Source: Candidatus Latescibacterota bacterium (GTDB lineage: Bacteria > Latescibacterota > UBA2968 > UBA8231). From it: a DNA stretch of 64,000 nt. The position numbers were made by a program, and so were the translations under genes. Location: NCBI GenBank assembly GCA_965242865.1, contig CBDETK010000013.1, forward strand, positions 3,360,001-3,424,000, in the 5' to 3' direction. The notes below the pieces were generated by a model. That model saw only the letters and a list, made by a program, of their open reading frames with translations, searched no databases and was not told where the DNA came from. Below, in pieces: positions 28,398-37,040 of this stretch (within the stretch, counting starts at the first letter, position 1; the number at the start of each line of letters is the position of its first letter).

Positions 28398-29303
28398 TCA
28401 GGCGACCGGCCGATCCCGTTGGTTTTGGCCGCCGTAGCGGAAGCCGGGGACGTTGTCCGCGCAGTACGTGCCGCGGAACAAGGTCTGCCGCATCGGAGGC
28501 ATCTGCTCGACGAGGGCGGCCGGCGGCGACCACGAGCTCCAGCGCGATCCCACGCTATTGTAGAGGTTGAAGATGCCGACCCGCTCGTTGTCGGCATTGG
28601 TCCACCGCGAGGTGCTGTGCGCGAGGGCCTCGGTAAAGAACAACACCGATCCGGCTGGGCACTCGTAGGTTTCCCACACGGCCGAATGCGGCTTTTGAAT
28701 GGCGGCGGGCGCGGGGTATGCGGCCTTGTGGCTGCCCGTGGCTAAGAGCGTGCCGCCCTGCCCCATTTTGACCGGGGCGAGCTCCCACACCACCCGCGTC
28801 AACCCGCTAAAGGATTTGCCGGGAATGCTCTGGTAGTGGTGCGAATCCACGGCAAAGCGAAAGAAGCCGCTGCCGTTGTGCGGGTTGAAAACGCCCTCTC
28901 GCTCGGGAGTGGCCGCTGGATTGCGCAAGTTGCTGCCCTCCATCCGAAACCCGTAGCACTCGGCGCTCGACAGCCCGGGGAAGGCCAGAAATTCATTGAG
29001 AAAGCCCACTACGACCGGATGATCGGTCAGCTTCTCCAGAGGCCCGGCCACAAAAGAACGCTCGTGCTCCGGCAGCGATTCTGGGCGGTGCTGCACGCGC
29101 AAGGCGTACTCGCGCATGGCCTCAATCTCATCGTCGGCCACTACCCCGGGCACCAAGAGCCACCCGCGCACATCGAAGAGGTATTTCTGCTCGTCGGTCA
29201 GCGCGACGACCGGCTCGCCATCGGCGTTTGTTTGCGGCAGGTCGCCTTCTTCCACCAGCAACGGCTGCCCTAGGTTTTTATCTACTACGTATGCTTGGCT
29301 CAT
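28398..29303 (-). CDS. PhyH-like dioxygenase, H-x-G variant
   Basis: LTDEQKYLFDVRGW, GSHK, PAGSVLFFTEALAH; ATGA overlap with the upstream gene. Confidence 0.8.
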   Translation of the reverse strand: MSQAYVVDKNLGQPLLVEEGDLPQTNADGEPVVALTDEQKYLFDVRGWLLVPGVVADDEIEAMREYALRVQHRPESLPEHERSFVAGPLEKLTDHPVVVGFLNEFLAFPGLSSAECYGFRMEGSNLRNPAATPEREGVFNPHNGSGFFRFAVDSHHYQSIPGKSFSGLTRVVWELAPVKMGQGGTLLATGSHKAAYPAPAAIQKPHSAVWETYECPAGSVLFFTEALAHSTSRWTNADNERVGIFNLYNSVGSRWSSWSPPAALVEQMPPMRQTLFRGTYCADNVPGFRYGGQNQRDRPVA

Positions 29304-30172
29304 CGGCTGCATCCCCTTTTGGTTTTGGCTTGCGGAAATGGTTCGGCTGGCGACTTGTCTTCCGGGCTTACTTCGTATTCGTCCGGCGGAAAATTCTGGC
29401 ACAACGCGCCTTTGCGCAGCACCCAAGGGAAGGTGCCCCAAGTGCGGGTGGAGCGGTTGGCGAGCGTGGGTGTGGTATAGACGCCGGCGATGCCAATTCG
29501 GCTCTGTTTACTCGCGTTGACCGGGCTGTAGTGCCACAAACTGCTGTGCCAGCAGACGACATCCCCCGGGGCCAGTTCAATGTGCTCAACGCCGCGCTCG
29601 GCCTTGAGGGCCGCGACCCGCTCCCGCGGCAGTTCGCCGTGGATGCTGTCGGCATAGAGCACGTGCTCGACGATCTCGGTTTGGTGGCTGCCCGGAATGA
29701 ATTGTAAGCAGCCGTTGTCGCGCCGTGCGGGGTCGAGGGCCATCCAGAAGTTGAACGGCTCGGTCTCGCCATCGCGCCACAGCCCGTTGTCTTGGTGCCA
29801 AGGCGTGGCCGCTCCGGTATGGGCCGGCTTGACGAAGACGCTGCTGAACTTGAGCAGAATGTCCTCGCCTAGATAGTGCCGCGCCAGCGGGACCATCGCT
29901 CCGGCGTGTACTGTGTGCCAGATCAGCGGCGCGGTGTGGCACCAGCGGTTGAACTTGCGAAAGCGTTGCGCCCGCGCCTCGGGCGTAGCGCCCATTGGAT
30001 CCATGGGGTCGGCGTCCGTGCGCACGTTTGGGGGCTCGGGCGTGTACAGGACGTTTTTGATCACCCCGCGCATCTCGGCTGCTTGGTCGGCCGTCGCGAT
30101 CCCGGGTACCGTAAAATAGCCCTTCTCGGCCCAAGTTTGGGCTTGGTCTGGGGTGGGTTGCCAGCGTTTCAT
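29300..30172 (-). CDS. PhyH-family Fe/2OG dioxygenase
   Basis: TPWHQDN, WMALD, NGCLQFIPGSH, LWHYS. Confidence 0.9.
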   Translation of the reverse strand: MKRWQPTPDQAQTWAEKGYFTVPGIATADQAAEMRGVIKNVLYTPEPPNVRTDADPMDPMGATPEARAQRFRKFNRWCHTAPLIWHTVHAGAMVPLARHYLGEDILLKFSSVFVKPAHTGAATPWHQDNGLWRDGETEPFNFWMALDPARRDNGCLQFIPGSHQTEIVEHVLYADSIHGELPRERVAALKAERGVEHIELAPGDVVCWHSSLWHYSPVNASKQSRIGIAGVYTTPTLANRSTRTWGTFPWVLRKGALCQNFPPDEYEVSPEDKSPAEPFPQAKTKRGCSR

Positions 30173-31314
30173 GCGTCGTGCCTTTCGACGACCAGCGAGC
30201 GGAACTTCTCCTCGTCCCACTCCGCGCCCCAACCCGGCCCATCCGGGGGCGCGATGTGCCCTTCCTCGATCAAGGGCGCGTTGAGCAAACCCCAGCGCGC
30301 CCCGGTCTGCCGCAAGCTGTCGGCCGTGCCCCCGAAAAACTCGTAGAAGTCCGTGTTGTCGATACAGCAGCCCAAGTGCGCGTGGACCAGCCCGTCCAAC
30401 GCGCCGCCGCCATTGAGCTCGATATTCGTGCCGTGCAACTCGGCCAGATGCGCCAGCTTCAGCACCTGCGTGGTCCCGTGCCGGGCATTGCCCCGCAGCC
30501 GGTCGGTCGCCCCTTGGATCAGCCATTGCGCCGTCAAGTCGATGTCGTGCATCAGCATCTCGGTTCCCATCACCGGAATGGTCAACGCTCGGCACAGCTC
30601 CTGATATTGATTCATCTTCTGCTCGTGCAGCGGCTCTTCCAACCACACAAAATCCAGTTCCTCTAGCACGCGCCCGACCTCAATGGCCTCGCGCAAGTCA
30701 TAAGAGCACACGGGATCGGTGATCAACTCGTAATCCGGCCCCACGGCATCCCGCACCGCCCGGTAAATGGGAATGTCGGCCTTTCCGCCTTTGTACGTGT
30801 GAAACTTGTACGCGCCAATCCCCATTTCCCGGCCGAGCGCTACGGCCCTGAGATACCCCGCTATATCCGCATCGCCGCCGGTCAGATACGCGGGCAGTCG
30901 CGGCCGCACGCGCCCGACCAACGCATAGACCGGCAGCCCCGCGGCCCGGCCCAAAATGTCCCACAGACAGTTGTCAAACGCTCCAAACCACCCCGGCGGC
31001 TGGTACACCCACCGGGTTCCCTTGCAAAACTGCTGAAACAACCCCTCGCGCTCCCACGGGCTGCGCCCCAGCGCGTGATACCGCACGATGTCGGCCTGAT
31101 AGGGCGTCATGGATGTGTCGCTGCGCCCCACAATCCCCTCGTCCGTATGCACCTCCAAAAAGCTCTGGCGCACCGGACGCAACTCCCGGTCGGGCCTTCC
31201 CCGATGCGTGTATTGGATCCTCCGCAGCCCCTCTACCTGCGCGATAGAATGCCCGACGCTTCCCCGGTGGCTTGGGTCTTCCAACACCAGCAATTTTACA
31301 GCGGTGATTTTCAC
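30169..31314 (-). CDS. Enolase superfamily (mandelate racemase-like) protein
   Basis: LWDILGRAAGLPVY, YKFH, WLEEP, PDGPGWG; AAGGAGG RBS before the GTG. Confidence 0.85.
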   Translation of the reverse strand: MKITAVKLLVLEDPSHRGSVGHSIAQVEGLRRIQYTHRGRPDRELRPVRQSFLEVHTDEGIVGRSDTSMTPYQADIVRYHALGRSPWEREGLFQQFCKGTRWVYQPPGWFGAFDNCLWDILGRAAGLPVYALVGRVRPRLPAYLTGGDADIAGYLRAVALGREMGIGAYKFHTYKGGKADIPIYRAVRDAVGPDYELITDPVCSYDLREAIEVGRVLEELDFVWLEEPLHEQKMNQYQELCRALTIPVMGTEMLMHDIDLTAQWLIQGATDRLRGNARHGTTQVLKLAHLAELHGTNIELNGGGALDGLVHAHLGCCIDNTDFYEFFGGTADSLRQTGARWGLLNAPLIEEGHIAPPDGPGWGAEWDEEKFRSLVVERHDA

Positions 31315-31392
31315 GGTCGCCTCCTTTATCGGCAAATTTGAATACCCTATATTTCATCGCCCCTCGACACCTGTCAACCTCAGAGACCCATC

Positions 31393-32526
31393 ATGAAGAT
31401 CGCTGCTATCGAAGCCTTTGACCTTAGCTGCCCCCTTGAGCACCCCTTTGGCTGGTCGCAGGGATGGCTCGCCGAGCGCAGCACCACGCTCGTCAAAGTC
31501 ATTGCGGACGACGGCCTCGTCGGCTGGGGCGAAGGCGCGAGTGCCGCCCTCATCAATGGCCTGCTCGCCCCGCTGCTGATCGGCCAAGACCCCATGGACC
31601 GCACCGGCCTTTGGGAGCGCATGTTCCACGCGCTGTACAACGGCAACAACGCGGTCGGCCTAGCCGGCAGTGCCCTTTCCGCGCTCGACATGGCCCTTTG
31701 GGATCTGGCGGGCAAGGCCGCCGGTCTCCCGGTCTGCGCCCTCCTCGGCGGCAAGGTCCGCGATAAAGTCGCTGTCTATGCCACCGGCCTCTACTACACC
31801 GAAGGCGAGTTCCCCGACCGCCTGCTCGACGAGGCCCGGGCCTATGTGGCCGAAGGCTTCAAAGGGATGAAGACCAAGGTCGGAGGGCTGTCTATCGCCG
31901 AAGAGGTCGCACGCGTCCGTGCGTTGCGGGCTGCCATCGGCCCGGACATTAACCTCATGGTCGATGCCAACGAAGCCTACAACGCCACCACGGCGATTCG
32001 CTTGGGCCAGCAGCTGGCCGAGCTGGATCTGGTGTGGTTTGAAGAGCCGGTCAACGCCCAAGACTTGGACGCCTATTTAGAAGTCAAAGCCGCGCTGCCC
32101 ATGGCCATTGCCGGCGGCGAAAACCTCCGCACCCGCTACGAATTCAAGCCCTACCTGACGCGCCGCGCCTACGACATTGTCCAGCCCGACGTCATGCACT
32201 GTGGCGGCATCACCGAAATGCAGCGGATATGCGCCATGGCCAACGCCTGCGGCATTCAGGTCAATCCCCACGTCTGGGGATCACCCGTTATGATCGCTGC
32301 GACGCTGCACGTGGCCGCTACCTTGCCGCCCTGCCCCCCAGCGCACAACGCCCAGCCCTATTTGCAGGAGCCGGTGATGGAGTTCGACCGGACGCCGAAT
32401 GCCATTCGCCAAACGATCTGCGCGGTGCCGTTTGATCACGAGGATGGGTTTGTGCGCGTACCGACCGGGCCGGGGTTGGGGATTGAGGTGGATGAAGGGG
32501 TCGTCGAGCGGCTGAGGCGAGGTTAG
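31393..32526 (+). CDS. Mandelate racemase/MLE family protein
   Basis: GWGE, ALWDLAGK, KTKVG, VDAN, WFEEP, GGE, PHVWG. Confidence 0.9.
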   Translation: MKIAAIEAFDLSCPLEHPFGWSQGWLAERSTTLVKVIADDGLVGWGEGASAALINGLLAPLLIGQDPMDRTGLWERMFHALYNGNNAVGLAGSALSALDMALWDLAGKAAGLPVCALLGGKVRDKVAVYATGLYYTEGEFPDRLLDEARAYVAEGFKGMKTKVGGLSIAEEVARVRALRAAIGPDINLMVDANEAYNATTAIRLGQQLAELDLVWFEEPVNAQDLDAYLEVKAALPMAIAGGENLRTRYEFKPYLTRRAYDIVQPDVMHCGGITEMQRICAMANACGIQVNPHVWGSPVMIAATLHVAATLPPCPPAHNAQPYLQEPVMEFDRTPNAIRQTICAVPFDHEDGFVRVPTGPGLGIEVDEGVVERLRRG

Positions 32527-32529
32527 GTC

Positions 32530-33717
32530 ATGGTATTCTCAAGAGTATTCAGTGCGGCTTTGGCTGCGGCCCTTCTAGTCGCGCAGGGCGAACCTGCCGC
32601 AGCAACTCCTGAAAGCAGGGCGGCGGCCCTGTTCCTGCTGGTTTCCCCGTCGGCGCGCGTCAACGGGATGGGGCAGGCGGGCGTCGCTCTCTGGGACGAG
32701 CCAGCCGGTTACTACAATCCCGGTGCGGCAGCCCTCGCGTCGCCGGCACACACGTTACAGAGCCGCTTCTACCTGAACGCGATGCCGTGGCTTCCGGCGT
32801 TGTCTGGTGATATGAGCTACAATTACTTTGCCGGTCAGGCCGCAGTTGAGCGGGTTCTCGACGGGGGGAGGCTTAGGGCAGCATTTTACGGATACCGCAC
32901 GAAGCTGAATCTCGGAAAACAAGCCCGTACCGATGAACTGGGCTCTTTCACCAGCGCAGAGTCATCTAACAATCTCGGCGTCAGCTTGGCGTGGAGATCG
33001 GTCGTGGAGATCGGCGTCGGCTACACAACCAAGTGGATTTCGTCCGACCTTGCTGGGGCCGGTCTTGATAGAGGAGAAGCGTGGGGAACCGCCCGAGCAT
33101 ACGACTTTGGTCTCATGGCGGTAGTACCGATGGTTGGAGTCTTGGAGTGCCTTACCGGCAGGGAGCTTACCCTGCGTCAACACCTCCGGCCAAAGCTCGA
33201 CATCGGGATCGGCGTCGCGTGGCAGAACCGTGGCGGTGAAACCATTGCCTATATTGATGCGAGCCAAGCGGATCCTCTACCGGCGAACAGGCGGCACGGA
33301 TGGTCGGGCAGCTTGGGGATGGACTGGCACTCTGACTCCCTCAATCTCGCTATCGGCAGAGTGACATTTTCCACGGAGACGTACCGTCCCCAGATAGAGG
33401 GCGTCCATATCACGAGCCGTGCTGAGGACGACAAGAGCGGGATTGAGATTTCGATTCTGGAAACGGTCTCTATTCGGCGAGGGACGTACGACGACTTTGA
33501 TGGCGACGTTCGTCTGAAAACCTCGGGATGGACCGTTAAGTCCGATGGCCTCTTCAAGTTTCTTGCCTACGACAGTACTCCTTCCAGTTCTGCCGGCGAC
33601 GCACTCCAATTTCTTGCCAAACACCTGTCGATCCGTTGGTCCCGGTTCGACTACGGTGACAGAGGTTCGTCGGTGTTTCGCGGCGTCGGCCACTCCTTTA
33701 TCGGCTTGTCGTTTTGA
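32530..33717 (+). CDS. PorV/PorQ-like outer membrane beta-barrel protein
   Basis: Signal peptide, FLLVSPSARVNGMGQAGVA and YYNP motif, QADPLP, terminal Phe. Confidence 0.7.
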   Translation: MVFSRVFSAALAAALLVAQGEPAAATPESRAAALFLLVSPSARVNGMGQAGVALWDEPAGYYNPGAAALASPAHTLQSRFYLNAMPWLPALSGDMSYNYFAGQAAVERVLDGGRLRAAFYGYRTKLNLGKQARTDELGSFTSAESSNNLGVSLAWRSVVEIGVGYTTKWISSDLAGAGLDRGEAWGTARAYDFGLMAVVPMVGVLECLTGRELTLRQHLRPKLDIGIGVAWQNRGGETIAYIDASQADPLPANRRHGWSGSLGMDWHSDSLNLAIGRVTFSTETYRPQIEGVHITSRAEDDKSGIEISILETVSIRRGTYDDFDGDVRLKTSGWTVKSDGLFKFLAYDSTPSSSAGDALQFLAKHLSIRWSRFDYGDRGSSVFRGVGHSFIGLSF

Positions 33718-34090
33718 GTAGCGGATTCTCTGACCGCGCCCTAGATACACGACAGTAAAATCAGTTCATACCGTCGGGCTTGTTTATCGTTCCCAACAGA
33801 AATGCAAATTAGGCTCGACCGCTGAACGCGAGATCGACGACCAAGCAGCACGAACTCGGATCGAGATAGGTCAGGGCCTTGCCCGGGAGGGGAACTTAGA
33901 TGGTGACACTTTTGCCGTGCTTATGGGTTTAATAAGGGAGCACAACGGCGATGGGAAGTGATGCCGACCTAGGACTCAGGGCGATCTGCTTCCTTCGCTG
34001 AGAACCGTGCAACAGGTGGCGTCAGTTTTGATTCCAGCGTACGCCGACCTGCTGTCAAGCTGTCGATGCAACTTTGAGAAAGGACCTTTA

Positions 34091-35494
34091 ATGCAACTCA
34101 CGACCAAAGATGCTGCGGAGGCACGTGCTGCCAGCCAGTCTGATCTATTGTTTATCTCGTTAGATTGGTCGCGGCCCAAAGATCTGCGAAGGCCCCTAGC
34201 CATGGCCTCAATAGAAGCCTATTTCATGAAGATTCAAACCGAAAACCTAAAAGCAGAATTTAGAAGTTTTAATTTGAATGCTCCAAGATTCAATATCCAA
34301 GACGTGCTAAAAACCATAGGCGAAACTCGTCCGATGTTTCTCGCACTTGGAGGCTATATTTGGAATGAAAAATATAGTCCAGATGTGATTCGCTGGACCA
34401 AGACCCACCATCCAGAGACAGCAATTATTATGGGAGGCCCCCAAGTCACTTATGGCGATCACAGCATGGCGATGGAATACCCCGGAGTGGATTATTTTAT
34501 CAGAGGAGAAGGAGAGGTCCCTTTCACGGAATTGATCAATGTGTTATTTCGTCATGGGACACCAGATCAGAGTTTTTTGGATAAATACGCGATTTACACG
34601 CCTAAAACCCTCAAGGAGGGAAAGTGCGAGCGCATTTTTACTACCGGCTTGGATGCGTTAGAATCACCTTATTTGAGTCGCGTCCTTCCAATTGAGCAAA
34701 ACCAAGAATTTGTCCGTTGGGAAACACTGCGCCGGTGTCCGTACAGATGTTCTTTCTGCCAGTTTCGTTTGGCAGGACACAAGATGGAGGAAATCAATCG
34801 GGAGCGGCTCTTTCAAGAGCTAGAGTATTTCAAGGCGAAGGAAGTTCGAGAGATTAACGTACTCGACCCGATATTCAATCTCAAGGCGGATCACTACTTA
34901 AACATTTGTAAAAAAATAGCTGAATTAGAGATGGGTGCTCGCTTCTATTTTCAGTGTCGGCTTGAATTGCTCTGTAGTGAGAACGGGCGGCGGTTTTTGG
35001 AGTTTTGTCAGGGCCTCGACGTTTGGCTCGAATTTGGCGTTCAAACTTTTCAAGAAAAAGAGTCCAAGGCCGTAGATCGAGGAAATAATTATACAAAAAT
35101 CAATGAGGCTATTGAACTTTTGCATAGATTCAATATCCCATTCGACCTTCATCTGATCTTTGGATTGCCATTTCAGTCGTTACGCGACTTTCTGGCGAGT
35201 TACGACAAAGCTAGAGCAGCGCAACCCCGGGGTCTCTACGTTTTTCCGCTCAATGTACTCAAGGGTACGCAGCTCTACTGGAAACGCGATGAGTGGGAGT
35301 ATGAATTCGACACTGAAGACAACAACATATTCCTGCAAAGTAAGTGGATGGAAAAGCACGAAGTCGCATACTTAAAAGAGGTCAGCAAAGGCATAAATCA
35401 AAGCTCAAAGCAGTCCCGATGTAACGGGAAATTGCTCCAACTTCCCGATTTGCGGAAAGAACTGGAAGAGCTCCAATATATCGAGGATAGCTGA
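34091..35494 (+). CDS. Cobalamin-binding-domain radical SAM protein
   Basis: YIWN and MGGPQV (B12 domain), GEGE, CPYRCSFC, GVQT, LIFGLP; AAAGGA RBS; AT-richer than the flanks. Confidence 0.88.
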   Translation: MQLTTKDAAEARAASQSDLLFISLDWSRPKDLRRPLAMASIEAYFMKIQTENLKAEFRSFNLNAPRFNIQDVLKTIGETRPMFLALGGYIWNEKYSPDVIRWTKTHHPETAIIMGGPQVTYGDHSMAMEYPGVDYFIRGEGEVPFTELINVLFRHGTPDQSFLDKYAIYTPKTLKEGKCERIFTTGLDALESPYLSRVLPIEQNQEFVRWETLRRCPYRCSFCQFRLAGHKMEEINRERLFQELEYFKAKEVREINVLDPIFNLKADHYLNICKKIAELEMGARFYFQCRLELLCSENGRRFLEFCQGLDVWLEFGVQTFQEKESKAVDRGNNYTKINEAIELLHRFNIPFDLHLIFGLPFQSLRDFLASYDKARAAQPRGLYVFPLNVLKGTQLYWKRDEWEYEFDTEDNNIFLQSKWMEKHEVAYLKEVSKGINQSSKQSRCNGKLLQLPDLRKELEELQYIEDS

Positions 35495-35497
35495 GTT

Positions 35498-36649
35498 ATG
35501 ACCGATCTTTTTGAGCGAGTGCGCCACGACTTCCCGCGAGCGCGGACCATGGCGTACTTCGACAATGCCTCGTCGCATCCGATCAGTGTGCATTCGGCGG
35601 CGGCCCTGCATCGGTACGTCGATTGGGTCGCGCACGAGGTGGGAGAGCCGTGGTGGCCGGCTTGGGCGCCGCCGCGAGACCAAGCCAGCGCCCTATTTGC
35701 CCGGCTCATCAACGCCGACCCGGGGGAAATCGCCTTTGCCCGCAGCACGGTGGAAGCGGAGAGCAACATCCTCAACGGCTTACGAGATCATCTGGCGGGC
35801 GGCAACGTGGTGACGTCGGACTTGGCCTTCAATTCCTGCCTGTACAACTACAAGTTTCGGGCGCAGCACGGTCTCGATGTGCGGATCGTCAAGAATCGGA
35901 ACTGGCAAATCGACATGGATGCTATGGCCGCCGCGGTCGACGGCAATACCCGGCTGATTTCGGTGGCATTGGTGTCAAACGTCAATGGGTATGTCGCCGA
36001 TGTCGCGGCCCTGAGCAAGCTGGCGCACGACAATGGCGCGTATCTGTATGCCGACATCATGCAGGCCGCCGGCGGCGTTCCGATCGACGTCAAGGCGATG
36101 GGCATTGACTTTGCGGCTTGTTCGACGTTCAAGTGGCTGATGGGCGTAAAGGGGTTCGGATTTTTGTACGTCCGCGCTGATCTACAGATCGATGTGCTCG
36201 ATCCGTCTCAACCTATGGGTGGGGTGCGCCTCAATTATCCCCCTTGGGTAGAAGAGCCTGATGCGGCGAGTGAGGAGATCGCGTTTTCACCGCCGACCGG
36301 AGTTGGGGCCTACGCGGTCAGTTACCCCTCGTACGAAGGCGTCGTGTGTGCCCAAGAGAGCCTGCTGTACATCCTGCGCCTCGGCGTGGACCGAATCCGC
36401 GACCACGCGAGAGACCTGACCAATCGCCTGCAAGAGGAACTGCCCAAGAGGGGGTACAAATCGATCACGCCGAAGGGAAACGAAAGCCCCATTCTCTCGT
36501 TTGTAGCACCACACCCCGAAGCGGTTCTGGCCCGTTGCAGGAGTGCCAATGTTCAGGTGGCGATGCGCTTCGGCAACAAGATGCGTCTCTCCCCCTCGGT
36601 GTACAACAACCACGCGGACATTGACCGCCTCCTCGAAGCTCTGCCTTAG
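35498..36649 (+). CDS. Class V PLP aminotransferase / cysteine desulfurase-like protein
   Basis: YFDNAS, DIMQAAG, STFKWLMG (PLP Lys), RLSPSVYN. Confidence 0.88.
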   Translation: MTDLFERVRHDFPRARTMAYFDNASSHPISVHSAAALHRYVDWVAHEVGEPWWPAWAPPRDQASALFARLINADPGEIAFARSTVEAESNILNGLRDHLAGGNVVTSDLAFNSCLYNYKFRAQHGLDVRIVKNRNWQIDMDAMAAAVDGNTRLISVALVSNVNGYVADVAALSKLAHDNGAYLYADIMQAAGGVPIDVKAMGIDFAACSTFKWLMGVKGFGFLYVRADLQIDVLDPSQPMGGVRLNYPPWVEEPDAASEEIAFSPPTGVGAYAVSYPSYEGVVCAQESLLYILRLGVDRIRDHARDLTNRLQEELPKRGYKSITPKGNESPILSFVAPHPEAVLARCRSANVQVAMRFGNKMRLSPSVYNNHADIDRLLEALP

Positions 36650-36938
36650 CAGCGGTCTGAAAACCCTGTGATGTATCGCGTATTTGAGTTGGCGCACTCA
36701 TTGAGCCATCTTCAGGTTTCGCTAAAAGATCGGAACAGAAAGGATCGTCTCGTATTAATGAGTACGCCGAGCGGTCAATATGCCACCGATGTAACCGATG
36801 TACAATGGCCGCCGCTCGAACCGTTGCGGCCGGCTCCGATTTAGCGTCCCACCGGTCTGGGTTGGTCGCCGTGCGAACGTCGCCCGATCGTCAATGCAGA
36901 CAGCTTCTAAGGGGTTCATGGTGTTATCCTTGTTAGAT

Positions 36939-36976
36939 TTGATAGAACAGGGCTATTTTGATAGAACAGGGCTATT
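36939..36976. repeat. Perfect 19-bp tandem duplication
   Basis: ttgatagaacagggctatt occurs twice in the intergenic region upstream of the pgi-like gene. Confidence 0.9.
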
Positions 36977-37040
36977 ATAAACTCGGGCGCGATCTGGAGA
37001 CGATCCTACGCCTACAACTACCAAACCACGCGATCTATAT

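Noticed and set aside
29300-30646. 448-aa ORF, and similar N-terminally extended calls (19361, 27482, 29441, 49553, 55967)
   Set aside because: The extensions overlap real upstream genes in another frame; shorter starts with an RBS or ATGA overlap were used.
32518-32532. Integron cassette boundary (GTTAGGT just before an ATG; similar GTTAG at about 3088)
   Set aside because: No inverse core or attC hairpin and no integrase seen; the TAG is simply the upstream stop codon.
33718-34090. Cobalamin riboswitch upstream of the B12 radical SAM gene
   Set aside because: I could not find the conserved B12-box or core motifs by eye; an Infernal scan would be needed.
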